The notes beneath the pieces were generated by a model that saw only the letters and a list, made by a program, of their open reading frames with translations, was not told where the DNA came from and searched no databases. Position numbers and translations under genes: made by a program. This document shows, in pieces, positions 1 to 12,700 of a stretch of 64,000 nucleotides of DNA. The DNA lies in contig NC_092675.1 in the NCBI RefSeq assembly GCF_964355755.1, forward strand, positions 24,834,912 to 24,898,911, given 5' to 3'. How positions within the stretch are numbered: the stretch's first letter is position 1; each line of letters begins with the position of its first letter. The stretch comes from Antedon mediterranea (Eukaryota; Animalia; Echinodermata).

Positions 1-31
1 ATGTTTTTTCTTGTTCAATAAATGAGTTTAC

Positions 32-849
32 CTTCAGGATATAATTTTCCACCATAATCTATGTTCCTGTCCACCCAAACCGCACCATCTTCCATGAAAA
101 ACATTTCCTCATCATAATCCCAAACAAACTATAAAAAGACATTAAATGATGTATCAGGTACAACCAATTAGTGGCGCCAGGATGGATGGGCTGAAGTCCC
201 TCGACATTCAAGGGGAAGCAAGCATCGAAGGGGGAAGGGAAGTCACCAGAAACTCTAAAAATATTTTAGATATATTATTAAGAAGGGTATTTTTAATCAG
301 ATTCACTTGAAACCCACCCGGACCAAGACGGAATAAATAGCACAAAATGTTAGAAGGCCTATGTCTAACGAGTTTGGAAAAAAAATCCCATAAATACTTC
401 TTAATTTAATATCAACAATTATATATTATTTTTAATTTATTGTACTATATATTCATATCCTTTCCTTGATGACTAATAATAATATAAATAAATAAAATAC
501 TAGCCAGGCTAATTAATAAGTGTTGTACTTACTTGTACTGTAGATATATTAATACTGAAAAAGGTTTAAATAACAATATTCAATAATAAAGGCAAACATA
601 AACCTAGCCAAGGATTTTAGAATAGTCTAGTCTAATAAGATAGAATACGTACGTCCTTTAAGTAGGCCTAGCCTACCTATACTTATTATGTCTACACTAC
701 AACACTCCCACCAGCACTTTCCGCACTGTTCTATTCCAAAATAAAATAAAGCTTAGTAGGCCTAGGCCTAGGCCTACCTTAAAAAGTAACAATAGTAAAA
801 AACAAACTAAAGTTACGCAAATTATGTAACGTTTTCTTGATATTCGCAT
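32..849 (-). CDS. 5' part of a putative type II membrane (Golgi-enzyme-like) protein; the gene continues off the left edge
   Basis: Exon 849-778 reads MRISRKRYIICVTLVCFLLLLLFK (basic N-terminus plus hydrophobic anchor) and ends at an AAG|GTAGG donor in phase 0. Exon 128-32 follows a TATAG acceptor, is open in phase 0 (FVWDYDEEMFFMEDGAVWVDRNIDYGGKLYPE) and ends at G|GTAAAC. Family not recognised. Confidence 0.45.
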
Positions 850-1507
850 AATACTCTTTTAAAGTTAATTGTTGGTTGCAAATAACATATTTATAATCAT
901 TTATTGTAGGCGGAACTGTTTTTTAGTAGGGTGGTACATGTTTGTTGTGTTGAGAAGGAATGAATGGGAAAGTCCCAATAGGTATGGCAGGCCAGTGGGG
1001 CATATTTGATTAGACGAAGCAAAACTGTCAATATCATATTCCTTCACCTGTCTAGATGAAATGACGTAGGTATATTCAGTGAGAAGCGCATCCAAATCCA
1101 AAATAATGTGACTTTTTTTATTTTTTATTAAAACCGATTCAGGCAACTGTGACTGCCTCCACTAACATTAACAAACGTTAGTTGGAAGAAGGATTATACA
1201 GACGTAGACTATAATTTAATAGTAGGCCTATAATTGTTTTATAACACTTCGGCCTAAATTTGCTTTAAAGAAGATAATTAAAGGGCGCACGTTTTAATTG
1301 TTGTCATGTCAGACCACGATCAAAGACGCACTCTAAATGCGATTACGGTCAAATTTGACCTAAATTAGTTCAAAATTGACTCAAATTAAGTTAAAAACAG
1401 ACCCCCATAGTATTCTGGGTCAAAGTATAGGGTCATGTAGACCGGGTTTAATTTGCAACCACAGAAAAAACTCACATTTTTCCTCAGTGCCACCAAGTTC
1501 CGTCCTC

Positions 1508-2183
1508 CCCAGCAAACACATAACGTTCAGCTAACGTTATATTTGGGTTAGCGTTTGGTTAGGTTTACTACGAACGTTCGTATAACATTCAAATAACGTT
1601 CATTCATAGAATATTTTTTTCATAACATCGTTTAAACGTTATAAGAACGTTCAGAATAACATTCAAAATATGTTATTTACATAACATTGAAGATAACATT
1701 TTCCTATAAGAACGTTCAAAATAACGTTAAAAAATGATATTTACATAAAGTTATTGATAACATCTATCTAACGTTATAAGAACGTTCAGAATAACATTCA
1801 AAATATGTTATTTACCTAACATTGATGGTAACATTTTCCTAACGTTAGAAAAACGTTCAAAATAACGTTGAAAATGATATTTACATAACGTTATTGGTAA
1901 CATCTACCTAACGTTAAAAGAACGTTCGGAATAACATTCAACATATGTTATTTACATAACATTTAATAATAACATTTTCCTTACGTTAGAAGAACGTTCA
2001 AAATAACGTTTAAAATTATGTTTACATAACTTTATAGGTAACACCTACCTAACGTTATAAGAACGTTCCGAATAATATTCAAAATATGTTATTTATATAA
2101 CATTAATGATAACATTTTCCTAACGTTAGAAGAACGTTCAAAATAACGTTAAAAGTTATATTTACATAACGTTATGAATAATA
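1508..2183. repeat. ~70-bp tandem array organised as ~140-bp dimers, preceded by a CCCAGCAAACAC end resembling CACTA/EnSpm termini
   Basis: AACGTTA(T/A)AAGAACGTTC recurs at ~1635, 1770, 1910 and 2051, with an alternating variant at ~1841, 1981 and 2121. The array is rich in AACGTT palindromes. No matching right TIR was found. Confidence 0.8.
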
Positions 2184-5100
2184 ACGTACTGTTATAGTGA
2201 CGTCTAGACGTACTGTTATGGTGACGTCTAGACGTACTGTTATGGTGACATCTAGAGACGTACTGTTATGGTGACGTCTAGACGTACTGTTATGGTGACG
2301 TCTAGACGTACTGTTATGAGGACGTCTATCATAGTGTCATAGTGACGTCTAGACGTACTGTCATAGTGACGTCTAGACGTACTGTTCATAGCGACGTCTA
2401 GACGTACTGCCATAGTGACGTCTAGACGTACTGTCATGGTGACGTCTAGACGTACTGTCATAGTAATGTCTAGACGTACTGTCATAATTACGTCTAGACG
2501 TACTGTCATAAGTGACATCTGGACGTACTAGTATTGTGACGTCTAGACGTACTATTATGTGACGTCTAGACGTACTATATGGTAACGTCTAGACGTACTG
2601 TTATGGTGACGTCTAGACGTACTGTCCTAGGGACGTCTAGACGTAATGTTATGGTGACGTCTAGACGTACTGTTATGGTGACGTCTAGACGTACTGTTAT
2701 GGTGACGTCTAGACGTACTGTCATAGTGACGTCTAGAGGTACTATTATGGTGACGTCTAGACGTACTATTATGGTGACGTCTAGACGTACTATTATGGTG
2801 ACATCTAGACGTACTTTAATGGTGACGTCTAGACATACTGTTATGGTGACGTCTAGACGTACTGTTTGGTGACGTCTAGACGTACTGTTATGGTGACGTC
2901 TATACGTACTGTTATGGTGACGTCTAGACATACTGTTATGGTGACGTCTAGACGTACTGTTTGGTGACGTCTAGACGTACTGTTATGGTGACGTCTATAC
3001 GTACTGTCATAGTGACGTCTAGAAGTACTATTATGGTGACGTCTAGACGTACTATTATGGTGACGTCTAGACGTACTATTATGGTGACATCTAGACGTAC
3101 TTTAATGGTGACGTCTAGACATACTGTTATGGTGACGTCTAGACGTACTGTTTGGTGACGTCTAGACGTACCGTTATGGTGACGTCTATACGTACTGTTA
3201 TGGTGACGTCTAGACGTACTGTTTGGTGACATCTAGAGACGTACTGTTATGGTGACGTCTAGACGTACTGTTATGGTGACGTCTAGACGTACTGTTATGG
3301 TGACATCTAGACGTACTGTTTTGGTGACATCTAGACGTACTGTTATGGTGACGTCTAGACGTACTGTTATGGTGAAGTCTAGACGTATTATTATGGTGAC
3401 GTCTAGACATATTATTATGGTGACATCTAGACGTATTATTATGGTGACGTCTAGACGTATTATGGTGACGTCTAGACGTATTATTATGTGACGTCTAGAC
3501 GTACTATTATATTGACGTATAGACGTACTATTATGGTGACGTCTAGACGTACTATTATGGTGACGTCTAGACGTACTATTATGGTGACGTCTAGACGTAC
3601 TATTATGGTGACGTCTAGACGTATTATTATAGTGACGTCTAGACGTATTATTATGGTGACGTCTAGACGTATTATTATGGTGAAATCTAGACGTATTATT
3701 ATGGTGACGTCTAGACGTAATATTATGGTGATGTCTAGACGTATTATTATGGTGACATCTAGACGTATTATTATTGTGACGACTAGACGTATTATTATGG
3801 TGACGACTAGACGTATTATTACCTTTTTTTGTGACGTCTAGACGTATTATTATGGTGACGTCTAGACGTATTATGGTGACGTCTAGACATATTATTATGG
3901 TGACGTATAGACGTACTATTATGGTGACGTTTAGACGACGTACTATTATGGTGACGTCTAGACGTACTATTATGTGACGTCTAGACATACTATTATGGTG
4001 ACGTCTAGACGTACGGTTATGGTGACATCTAGACGTACTGTTATGGTGAAGTCTAGACGTACTGTTATGGGGACGTCTATCATAGTGTCATAGTGACGTC
4101 TAGACGTACTGTCATAGTGACGTCTAGACGTACTGTTCATAGTGACGTCTAGACGTACTGTCAATAGTGATGTCTAGACGTACTGTCATAATTACGTCTA
4201 GACGTACTGTCATAAGTGACATCTGGACGTACTAGTATGGTGACGTCTAGACGTACTATTATGTGACGTCTAGACGTACTATTATGGTGACGTCTAGACG
4301 TACTGTTATGGTGACATCTAGACGTACTGTCCTAGGGACGTCTAGACGTAATGTTATGGTGACGTCTAGACGTACTGTTATGGTGACGTCTAGACGTACT
4401 GTTTTGGTGACGTCTAGACGTACTGTCATAGTGACGTCTAGAGGTACTATTATGGTGACGTCTAGACGTACTATTATGGTGACGTCTAGACGTACTATTA
4501 TGGTGACATCTAGACGTACTTTTATGGTGACGTCTAGACATACTGTTATGGTGACGTCTAGACGTACTGTTTGGTGACGTCTAGACGTACTGTTATGGTG
4601 ACGTCTATACGTACTATTATATTGACGTCTAGACGTACTGTTTGGTGACATCTAGACGTACTGTCATAGTGACGTCAGACGTACTGTCATAGTGACGTAT
4701 AGACGTACTGTCATAGTGACGTCAGACGTACTGTCATAGTGATGTATAGTGACGTCTAGACGTACTGTCATAGTGACGTCTAGACGTACTTTCATGGTGA
4801 CGTCTAGACGTACTGTCATAGTGACGTCTAGACGTATATATGGTGACATCTAGACGTATTATTATGGTGACGTCTAGATGTATTATTATGGTGACGTCTA
4901 GATGTATTATTATGGTGACGTCTAGACGTATTATTATGGTGACGTCTAGACGTATTATTATGTGACGTCTAGACGTATTATTATGGTGACGTCTAGACGT
5001 ATTATTATGGTGACGTCTAGACGTATTATTATGGTGACGTCTAGACGTATTATTATAGTGACGTCTAGACTTATTATTATGGTGACGTCTAGACGTACTG

Positions 5101-5268
5101 TCATGGTGACGTCTAGACGTACTGTCATGGTGACGTCTAGACGTACTGTCATGGTGACGTTTAGACGTACTGTCATGGTGACGTCTAGACGTACTGTCAT
5201 GGTGACGTCTAGACGTACTGTCATGGTGACGTCTAGACGTACTGTCATGGTGACGTCTAGACGTACTT
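2184..5268. repeat. 24-bp satellite, ~125-130 copies, consensus GACGTCTAGACGTACTGTTATGGT
   Basis: Directly visible tandem array. Each unit carries the 12-bp palindrome ACGTCTAGACGT. It accounts for all MVTSRRTV/TVRLDVTI repeat ORFs in the track. Confidence 0.98.
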
Positions 5269-6400
5269 TCGTGAGTGTTGATCTTCTGAACTTTCTCTCC
5301 GTGTCATCTTCGCTGGCTTCAAACATCATTTGGCAAGCCATCCATTTTGCCTTTAAACACTACTTTTTGCAATTATGTTAGAGATGCTTTATATAACGTC
5401 TCTGTATGACTATATCTAATACATCAATAGCTGAGAATATTCATATTCAACTTGCATCATCAGTAGCCATGGTATTCTTTTTATAATTTTCTATTCTAAA
5501 AACTACAATAACACAACAACAAAATAAAACAAAAACTATTCATTATTGTGATAAATTTTGCTTTTAGATCATCTATCGGCCTTGGCCTACTTTAATTTTA
5601 ATGTTACAGTGTTGAATAGTAAACAACTAAGGATCGTTATAATGATAGTAAACAATTTGGAAATAGGCCTAGGACGAATGTTTTACAATTTTTGAAGTAG
5701 GCCTAGTTTATATCTGCTTCTGCTTTTATGGATTTTTTTCGAGAGGTTTTCCAACTTTCGTATTTTAATTTTGTTATGCTGTCGGAAGTTCGGCAACATA
5801 ATTCACGATACCACCTTTAAACACTTCGGTGTCAATCAAGGACTTACGAAAGTTGGAAAAGCAGAGCGTTATATAAACTTTCTTAAAAAATATAGTTAAC
5901 AAGTTTAATTATCTACATTCATCAATATAAGTAATTTATTCATAGTCACAAAAATAGCACTGTGGGTTAAAAAAATAGTCATTATAGGCTATTGCAATGC
6001 CTACTCTAAGACTGATCAATGTTTCCAGTATTCTACGAGGTATTCTTTTTGTTTCCTATCTTTTATTCCTACACGAATACAATACACATAGGATACATCT
6101 CAGGCCATACTCTGTAGTACCAAGAAAATAAAAAAAATAATATATATATATTTACAAAATTGAAAACATTGAGGATCGAGTAGTTTCATTTAAATTGAAC
6201 TTGCGAGTTTTATTAGCTAATCAAATAAGTATAGAAAATAACTGTAACTGGAAGTTTCCAAACAACCCTTGTTTAAATGGTTGAAATATGCCTTCTGTGT
6301 GGAATGTAATGCAGAAAATCACAATTAAACACCTACAGGTACGTATGTTGTTGCTTTAAACTTTGTATTTTTTATATAATAAATACATAGTCCGTTAGTT

Positions 6401-9400
6401 CTAGCTTGAAGATGAGAAAATATCAAGTGGATCCCCACTGTCATCAACTGATTTTTTTTCAGGTCTGAAATGAAATAAAGTTATTTTTGTAATTGGAATT
6501 GTATTTCATTAATATAAATAATATATAAAGTCACTAAAAGTCTATTAGAGCCATAAGTAGTATATTGTAAAGCTCAAACTAGTTTGACAAAAAAAAGTGA
6601 TGTGCCCAAATAAGGTAGTCAAATACCCAAATAGTAATATGACAACATATGTCCATATATGGGCACATTTTTGTTCACATAAAGTTTGATAGTGTAGACA
6701 GCTTAATTGAACGGAATTCCTTTGTACGGATTACTATTTTTATTTGTACGTTTAATTTCATTCGTACAACAGATTATTCTACATATTTTTATCTGCTCAC
6801 TCTGTCGGTCGGATGGTCGGTTGGTCGGTAAACACTAACTAAAATTTGAGCACGCGACTGCAGCCATGTATATGGCCTTGTTATAAATTGTCTTGTTTGT
6901 GCTATTCATTTTTATTGCTCATTGTACATTGTGTGCAGACTTTTAGCCCTTGACTGCTTTCTGTTTTTAATGTAATTTTCATTAATAAATATACATGAAT
7001 ATATCATTAATATTTTTTATAAGAATACTAATAGTAGTTGTACAAATTAGCAATTTGTAAAAATGAATTAATAATCGATTTAGCAATATAGGCCTATATA
7101 AAAACTAATTACGCACTAAACTTCAGGTTTGGTACCACCATAACGTTCGAAGAGTGAATTTAGCATGTGTTACAATTTCTTAGTATTTGTATTGGTATTG
7201 TAAGCGAAAGCACAATGTTAATTAAAACTTTTGCTCATACCGTCGCTTTCGAAGTTTGACAATTACGGCGGCCAGTATAATAATGACCAACAACGTAAGA
7301 AGTCCGAGTCCAATGGCAAGACCGGTTACGTTCGAAGAATCGTCTGTATCTTTTTGTTTAGTTCTTGATCCTGTTTTTGGTAACTCGTTTCCTACAAACA
7401 AACAAACAAAAAGCGTGTTACAATGTTACAATTTTAATATTACCAATACATAGTTTACCCAAACGTATGTAACATCTGTGTCTCGTAACGGGAAGGGAAT
7501 CCCGAATTTATGAACGTTATTGTTAATATACACAGGGTATCCCATTACACGTATGCCATTCCACTCCGAACACTAATAGCACCCACCATTTCCATTTCGT
7601 GTGTACGTGTATGACGGACATTTAATATTTACCTCCAGACGAATTGTCTTCTTGCATTGTAGAAGCAGTGTTCACCTCCGTCGTTGTAGATTCTCCTTGA
7701 ACATTTGTACATTTAACTACAACATCATAACTGGTTCCTGGTGTAAGTTCAATTATTGTGAACATTTGCATCTGAAGATCTATTGTCTTTTGATTTGGGG
7801 AATCATTCGTATTTGATTCCTTGTATCTAACAGTACATTCGTCAATGTCTTTGACGCTGGTCGTTCCAGTAGTAGACCACATGACAAGCAAACTTGTAGT
7901 TGATAATGATGTAACAGATGCTCCAATGGAGAATGTTTGAACTGAAGGCTTTGTTGTCGGGGCATTGTATCTATCTAAAATAGAGTAAAGCATAAGAATT
8001 AAGACAGATATAGGAATAACTAAAGCCACCAAAATACGCTTGAAGCAAACACTAATATTTCCAATTGCATGTTATGCACGTGAAACCTGGACACTGACTG
8101 ATACCTAACTGTAAAAAGATCAATACGTTTAAGGTATTTGTGTTGGCGAAGAATGCTAGCATGAAAAGAACAAATGCCAGTATAATACTAGAAGTAAAAG
8201 AGTAATTTCTTAACAAAATAAACTCAATAGCAAAATCATACTTTGGGCATTTGCAAGAAGAGATGACACATATCTAGAAAAGATACCTTTGAAAGGAAAA
8301 TCGAAGGTGCTAGGAGACAAGGACGACCAAATCAAGATGGTTTGATAGAATAAAAAACTTTCATTTGAAAACATACACATAAAACATTAACTAACTGAAG
8401 ACCGACCTACTTGGCGATCCATCATTGCATTCACGAGCTACATGACGGGATCGAAGGAATGGATAAATGGATCATTAAACGTTAACATTACTTCGTTGCA
8501 AGTAATTAAACCCAACCATTACACATTCGTCAAGTAGACACGATGATCAAACAAATGTCAGGAAGCAACTTGCCCTGAATATGACTAGTGGTGGAGAAGT
8601 GAGACAAATATCTCATGAGATGAAACAACAAATGTATACCCAAGTTTACGTTCATACATCATAACATTTAAATAAAATCTCACCAATTGGTTTTCCATCA
8701 ACTCGAGCAAATGCCTGTGATACAGCCGGTCCATAGCCCAGTTTGTTTCTGCACGCTATAGTGACATTGTAGTAAGCTGATTGTCTGAGGTAGCTAATAC
8801 GTATCTTAGTATATTTTGCTGAAATATATCTGATATCTGGTGCGAATGTGTTTGCGTTTGAATCGATGTACGTCACGTAACAGGTCTCTAATGGTAAATT
8901 TCCACTTGATCCTGGAGTCCATGATATATCTAGACTGTTGTCACTTTGGCTCTCAGTTTGAATGCTGCTCACTGCATCTGGCTTATCTGTGGAAACAAAT
9001 TGACGTGCTGTAAAGTGATAACACTAAGTTATTGCGTATTAGCCAAGTGTTTACTGTGTTTTTATTCATTTTAATGTTCACTATGTCGGTCGGTTGGTCG
9101 GTCGGTTGGTCGGTAAACACTAACTTGAGCACACGACTGCAGCCATGTATATGGCCTTGTTATTTCTAAATGAAGTAAAATAAGAAGTCCATCTGGTAAA
9201 ATTACCCAATAAGTGGTGGTACAAACACTCTTTAAAACATTAACAATTATTTTCACTTAAAACAGTAAAACAGCACGGGCTATAGGCCTACTAACCTATC
9301 ACTGTCAACGAGGTTGATTTCTCGCTTGTCTGTTGTCTACTGTTTGAAGCTTGACAGTAATAATTCATACTGTCGTCATCTTCGACTGTATTCAACGTAA

Positions 9401-9679
9401 GAATACAAGCGTACATCATGTTTCCTCTATAAGTAACATCTGAGATTGTGTATTTGCTGTTGCCTGTAATCTTTGTTTTTCCACTTGATTTTCCTAACGG
9501 CGACTTGAACCATGTGACTGTTGGTGCAGGAGCAGCATTTACTAAACATTCAAACGTTTCAACTGTTGTCCCAGCTTGAGAAATAGCGTTGTTTGTTATT
9601 GACTCAATGCTTGCTGATTCTGTTTAAAAACAGAAAGTTATAATTATTAGTGTTTTTAGTATCATATATATATAGTTAT

Positions 9680-9714
<35 letters not shown>

Positions 9715-9715
9715 T

Positions 9716-9750
<35 letters not shown>

Positions 9751-12700
9751 TAGATAGCATTTAAAAGTATTGGATGCTTTGTCTATTAAGCTCTGTCTAC
9801 ACTATCAAATTAGTTTGACCAAAAATGTGTGCTGTGCCCAAACATGGTGGTAAAATATGACGCCATTGTGTCCACATATGAACACATAAAATGTTTTTGT
9901 CACATAAAGTTTGATAGCCAATATATAAACGTAATATACTTACTAGACATTGCTGAAACGAATGATGCATACGACGGTTCACTCGTACCCAATCGATTAC
10001 TGCAGCTCATTGAAATGTTGTACTCCGATAATGCGTCCACACCATTGAGAATAAACTTGGAGTAATCAACCGATATGTGCACCAGATGGGCAGCAAATCC
10101 AACTTTTGAGCTATCAACGTATGTCAAGATGCACTCTGTCACATCCAGATTTCCCGTAAATACAATCTCCCATGATAATTGAATACTGTTTGGTGTAGCT
10201 CGTGTAGCGACTAAGTTTGTAGGTGGATCAGGTATTGCTAAGATATTATAAATAATAAATTGAACTACAAAAACCTATGATTTGGCAAAATAATTAAAAA
10301 AATTATAGTTATAGACTAAATAATGACAATCAACAGTTAAGGTAAGTGTTTATATACGTATTTACAGAAAACCAGCTTCCCAACAAAGCTTCCACTTCTA
10401 TGCCAACAATAAGGACACCATGTTTGACCATCGAATTGTATTGATGAACCAACAGTCAGAAAAACAACCACAGAACCGACTTTGATCATAATAAAGTCGC
10501 ATAGGTAAACTTATCTTCAACTTTTCGTACAGAAATATATGTAATACATTTTTCTCAGAAAAACTGCCTCAGTAGGCCTACTTTCAAATCTAACTAAAAC
10601 AACGATTTTGTACATTATTCTTGGTAGGTTGTGCATTCAAACCTGTAACTTACTCTCGACATATATATTGCAATCTGCAGTTCTTTCAATTGGAATTTGG
10701 TTAACAACATTCTTAGCCTGGCATCTGTATTGACCATTATCCGCCCGGTTAATACCGACGATTCTAAGTCGACTTACAAAGGCATTAGCATCTCGATTGA
10801 ACTCTGGTGCCTCTACATATATATGTTGGTTATTTCTTATCTCCTTGATTGTTGTACCATCTACAATAAACCATTTGAAGATCGGTGGTGGCCCACCAGA
10901 AGCTGAGCATTCCAAAGTGTGATTGACATCAACAAATACTGTTGCAGACTTAGGTGGAATCAAGATTCTAGCTTTAGCTGTTGAAATAAATAGTCAGTAT
11001 CACTTTCACAACTTTGCAAAATCAGTACGGTATAGGCCTAATAATAAACTTTTTAACGCTTTCCTAATCATTTACCGACAAGAAACATATCATTTTGTAA
11101 TTATCAAATACTGGTCCATCGTACCACGCCTAGTCTGGGTTCCAGACGGAGTTTTGTCTTAATATTAGTAAAAAGATAAATATTTTGGCACATATGGCGT
11201 TTCATACGTATACTAATTGATTTTGGATGTATTTTCAGACAAAAATCGCGGTCGAAATTTAAAAAAAAGAAAAAAAAAAAGATAATACAGACTTGGGGCA
11301 AGTCTATGCCACGCCGTCAGTGTTAACGATTCACAATCCAATCGAAATTGAATAATATCATGAGAGTCCCAGTGGTCAAATTAATCTGCATATCAAGTAG
11401 AAGGTTCCAATCTTTTTCTCATTCCCACAAATGTCCTCATCTTTATTGTTTCTAAGTTTCACTAAATTATCGGGCGGTTTACAATGGCTTCTATAAGCTC
11501 AGAATTCTCCTTTCTGCTAAAAATTCTCTAGAATTACTTCCAAGGAAATTCTCGAAATCTCAATAGATGAAAGATATTGCATGGCATGTAACTTTCATAT
11601 TGAGACTATGTAAAGCTGTTGGTAGACATTTTATGGCTATTTTAAAACTTAGAGATTGAATTCCATTCTGCTGTTTTAAGTTTATTTTACATTTATATCT
11701 CAACGATTTTGAAATTCAGAAATGGTCAAACGGGTCAATTTCAATCAGAAAACTCAAAACTTACACCTTTTTTTTATTATACTTACATATTTATATTTAT
11801 TTATATGAGAAAATAAATTATTGTCAATTATCTACTCCATTTAACATTTAGATTTTTACTTAAGTGTGTGTTTTCTCATCCTAAAATTTGATTTACTTCG
11901 CTGTTCGATATGCTGATAATTTTAACACAAGGTACTTACAGTAAGACATAAGAGTAAATGCAGCTTCATCCTTCATGATATGTGTCCTATGCGAATTATA
12001 CGTTTGGCAGAAATATTCGCCGTTGTCAAATGTAGATATAGATTTTATTGTAAATATGCTCCTATACAAGAAGTTTCCAAGGTAAGTAATTGAAGTGATA
12101 TTGAATTTGCCGTCAATACTTTGCATAGGCTGTCTTTTGCCGTCAAGCCATATGATAGCTGGTTGTGGATGGCCATATACTTCGCAAACAAACTCTTGTG
12201 ATGCATGCCAGTCAGTTGTAGCATTCACTGGTCTTGTGGTAATTCTAGCGGCACCTAAAATTAGAAAAAACATCGTTTCAAAATATTATATTTATGATGG
12301 GAAAGTCAAGAAACTATTTTATATATTGAAATAACTACAGTTTTTGTTGATAGGCATGCGAATACATTTTTGGTCAGAATAATGAAACACATTTGAAATA
12401 AAGTCGAGTAAGTTCATGTGCGGAACACACGATTTTGGAAGATTCCAGCGTGTGCATTCCTATGAACCAATTTGAAGATATTATTTTAGATTGTTAATTT
12501 GAAACATCTTCTTGAGACTGGACCTTAATTAATGCATCAGGAAAAATTGGGACCATGCTCATAAACAATTTTTTAAATCGTTGTCTTTCATAATATGAAT
12601 AAATTATTCATTGCATTATTTTTAACTTAATATTATTATATCATTACGATTTATTTTTAAACAATACAGCAAATAATTTACCAACACCACATGGTCCATC

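Noticed and set aside
533-730. Two candidate micro-exons (730-677 and 554-533) of the left-edge gene
   Set aside because: AG/GT boundaries exist, but including them after exon 849-778 gives stops or phase conflicts.
901-1146. 81-aa minus-strand ORF
   Set aside because: No recognisable motif or supporting splice structure; more likely 5' UTR or promoter of the left-edge gene.
2184-5268. CRISPR-like array (palindromic repeat plus variable linker)
   Set aside because: Linkers are ~9 nt and near-identical rather than unique spacers; there are no cas genes and the context is eukaryotic. It is a satellite.
2252-5381. Repeat-protein ORFs (MVTSRRTV / TVRLDVTI / HHNSTSRR)
   Set aside because: By-products of a 24-bp unit lacking stops in some frames; frequent 1-2-nt indels break the frames with no sign of frame preservation.
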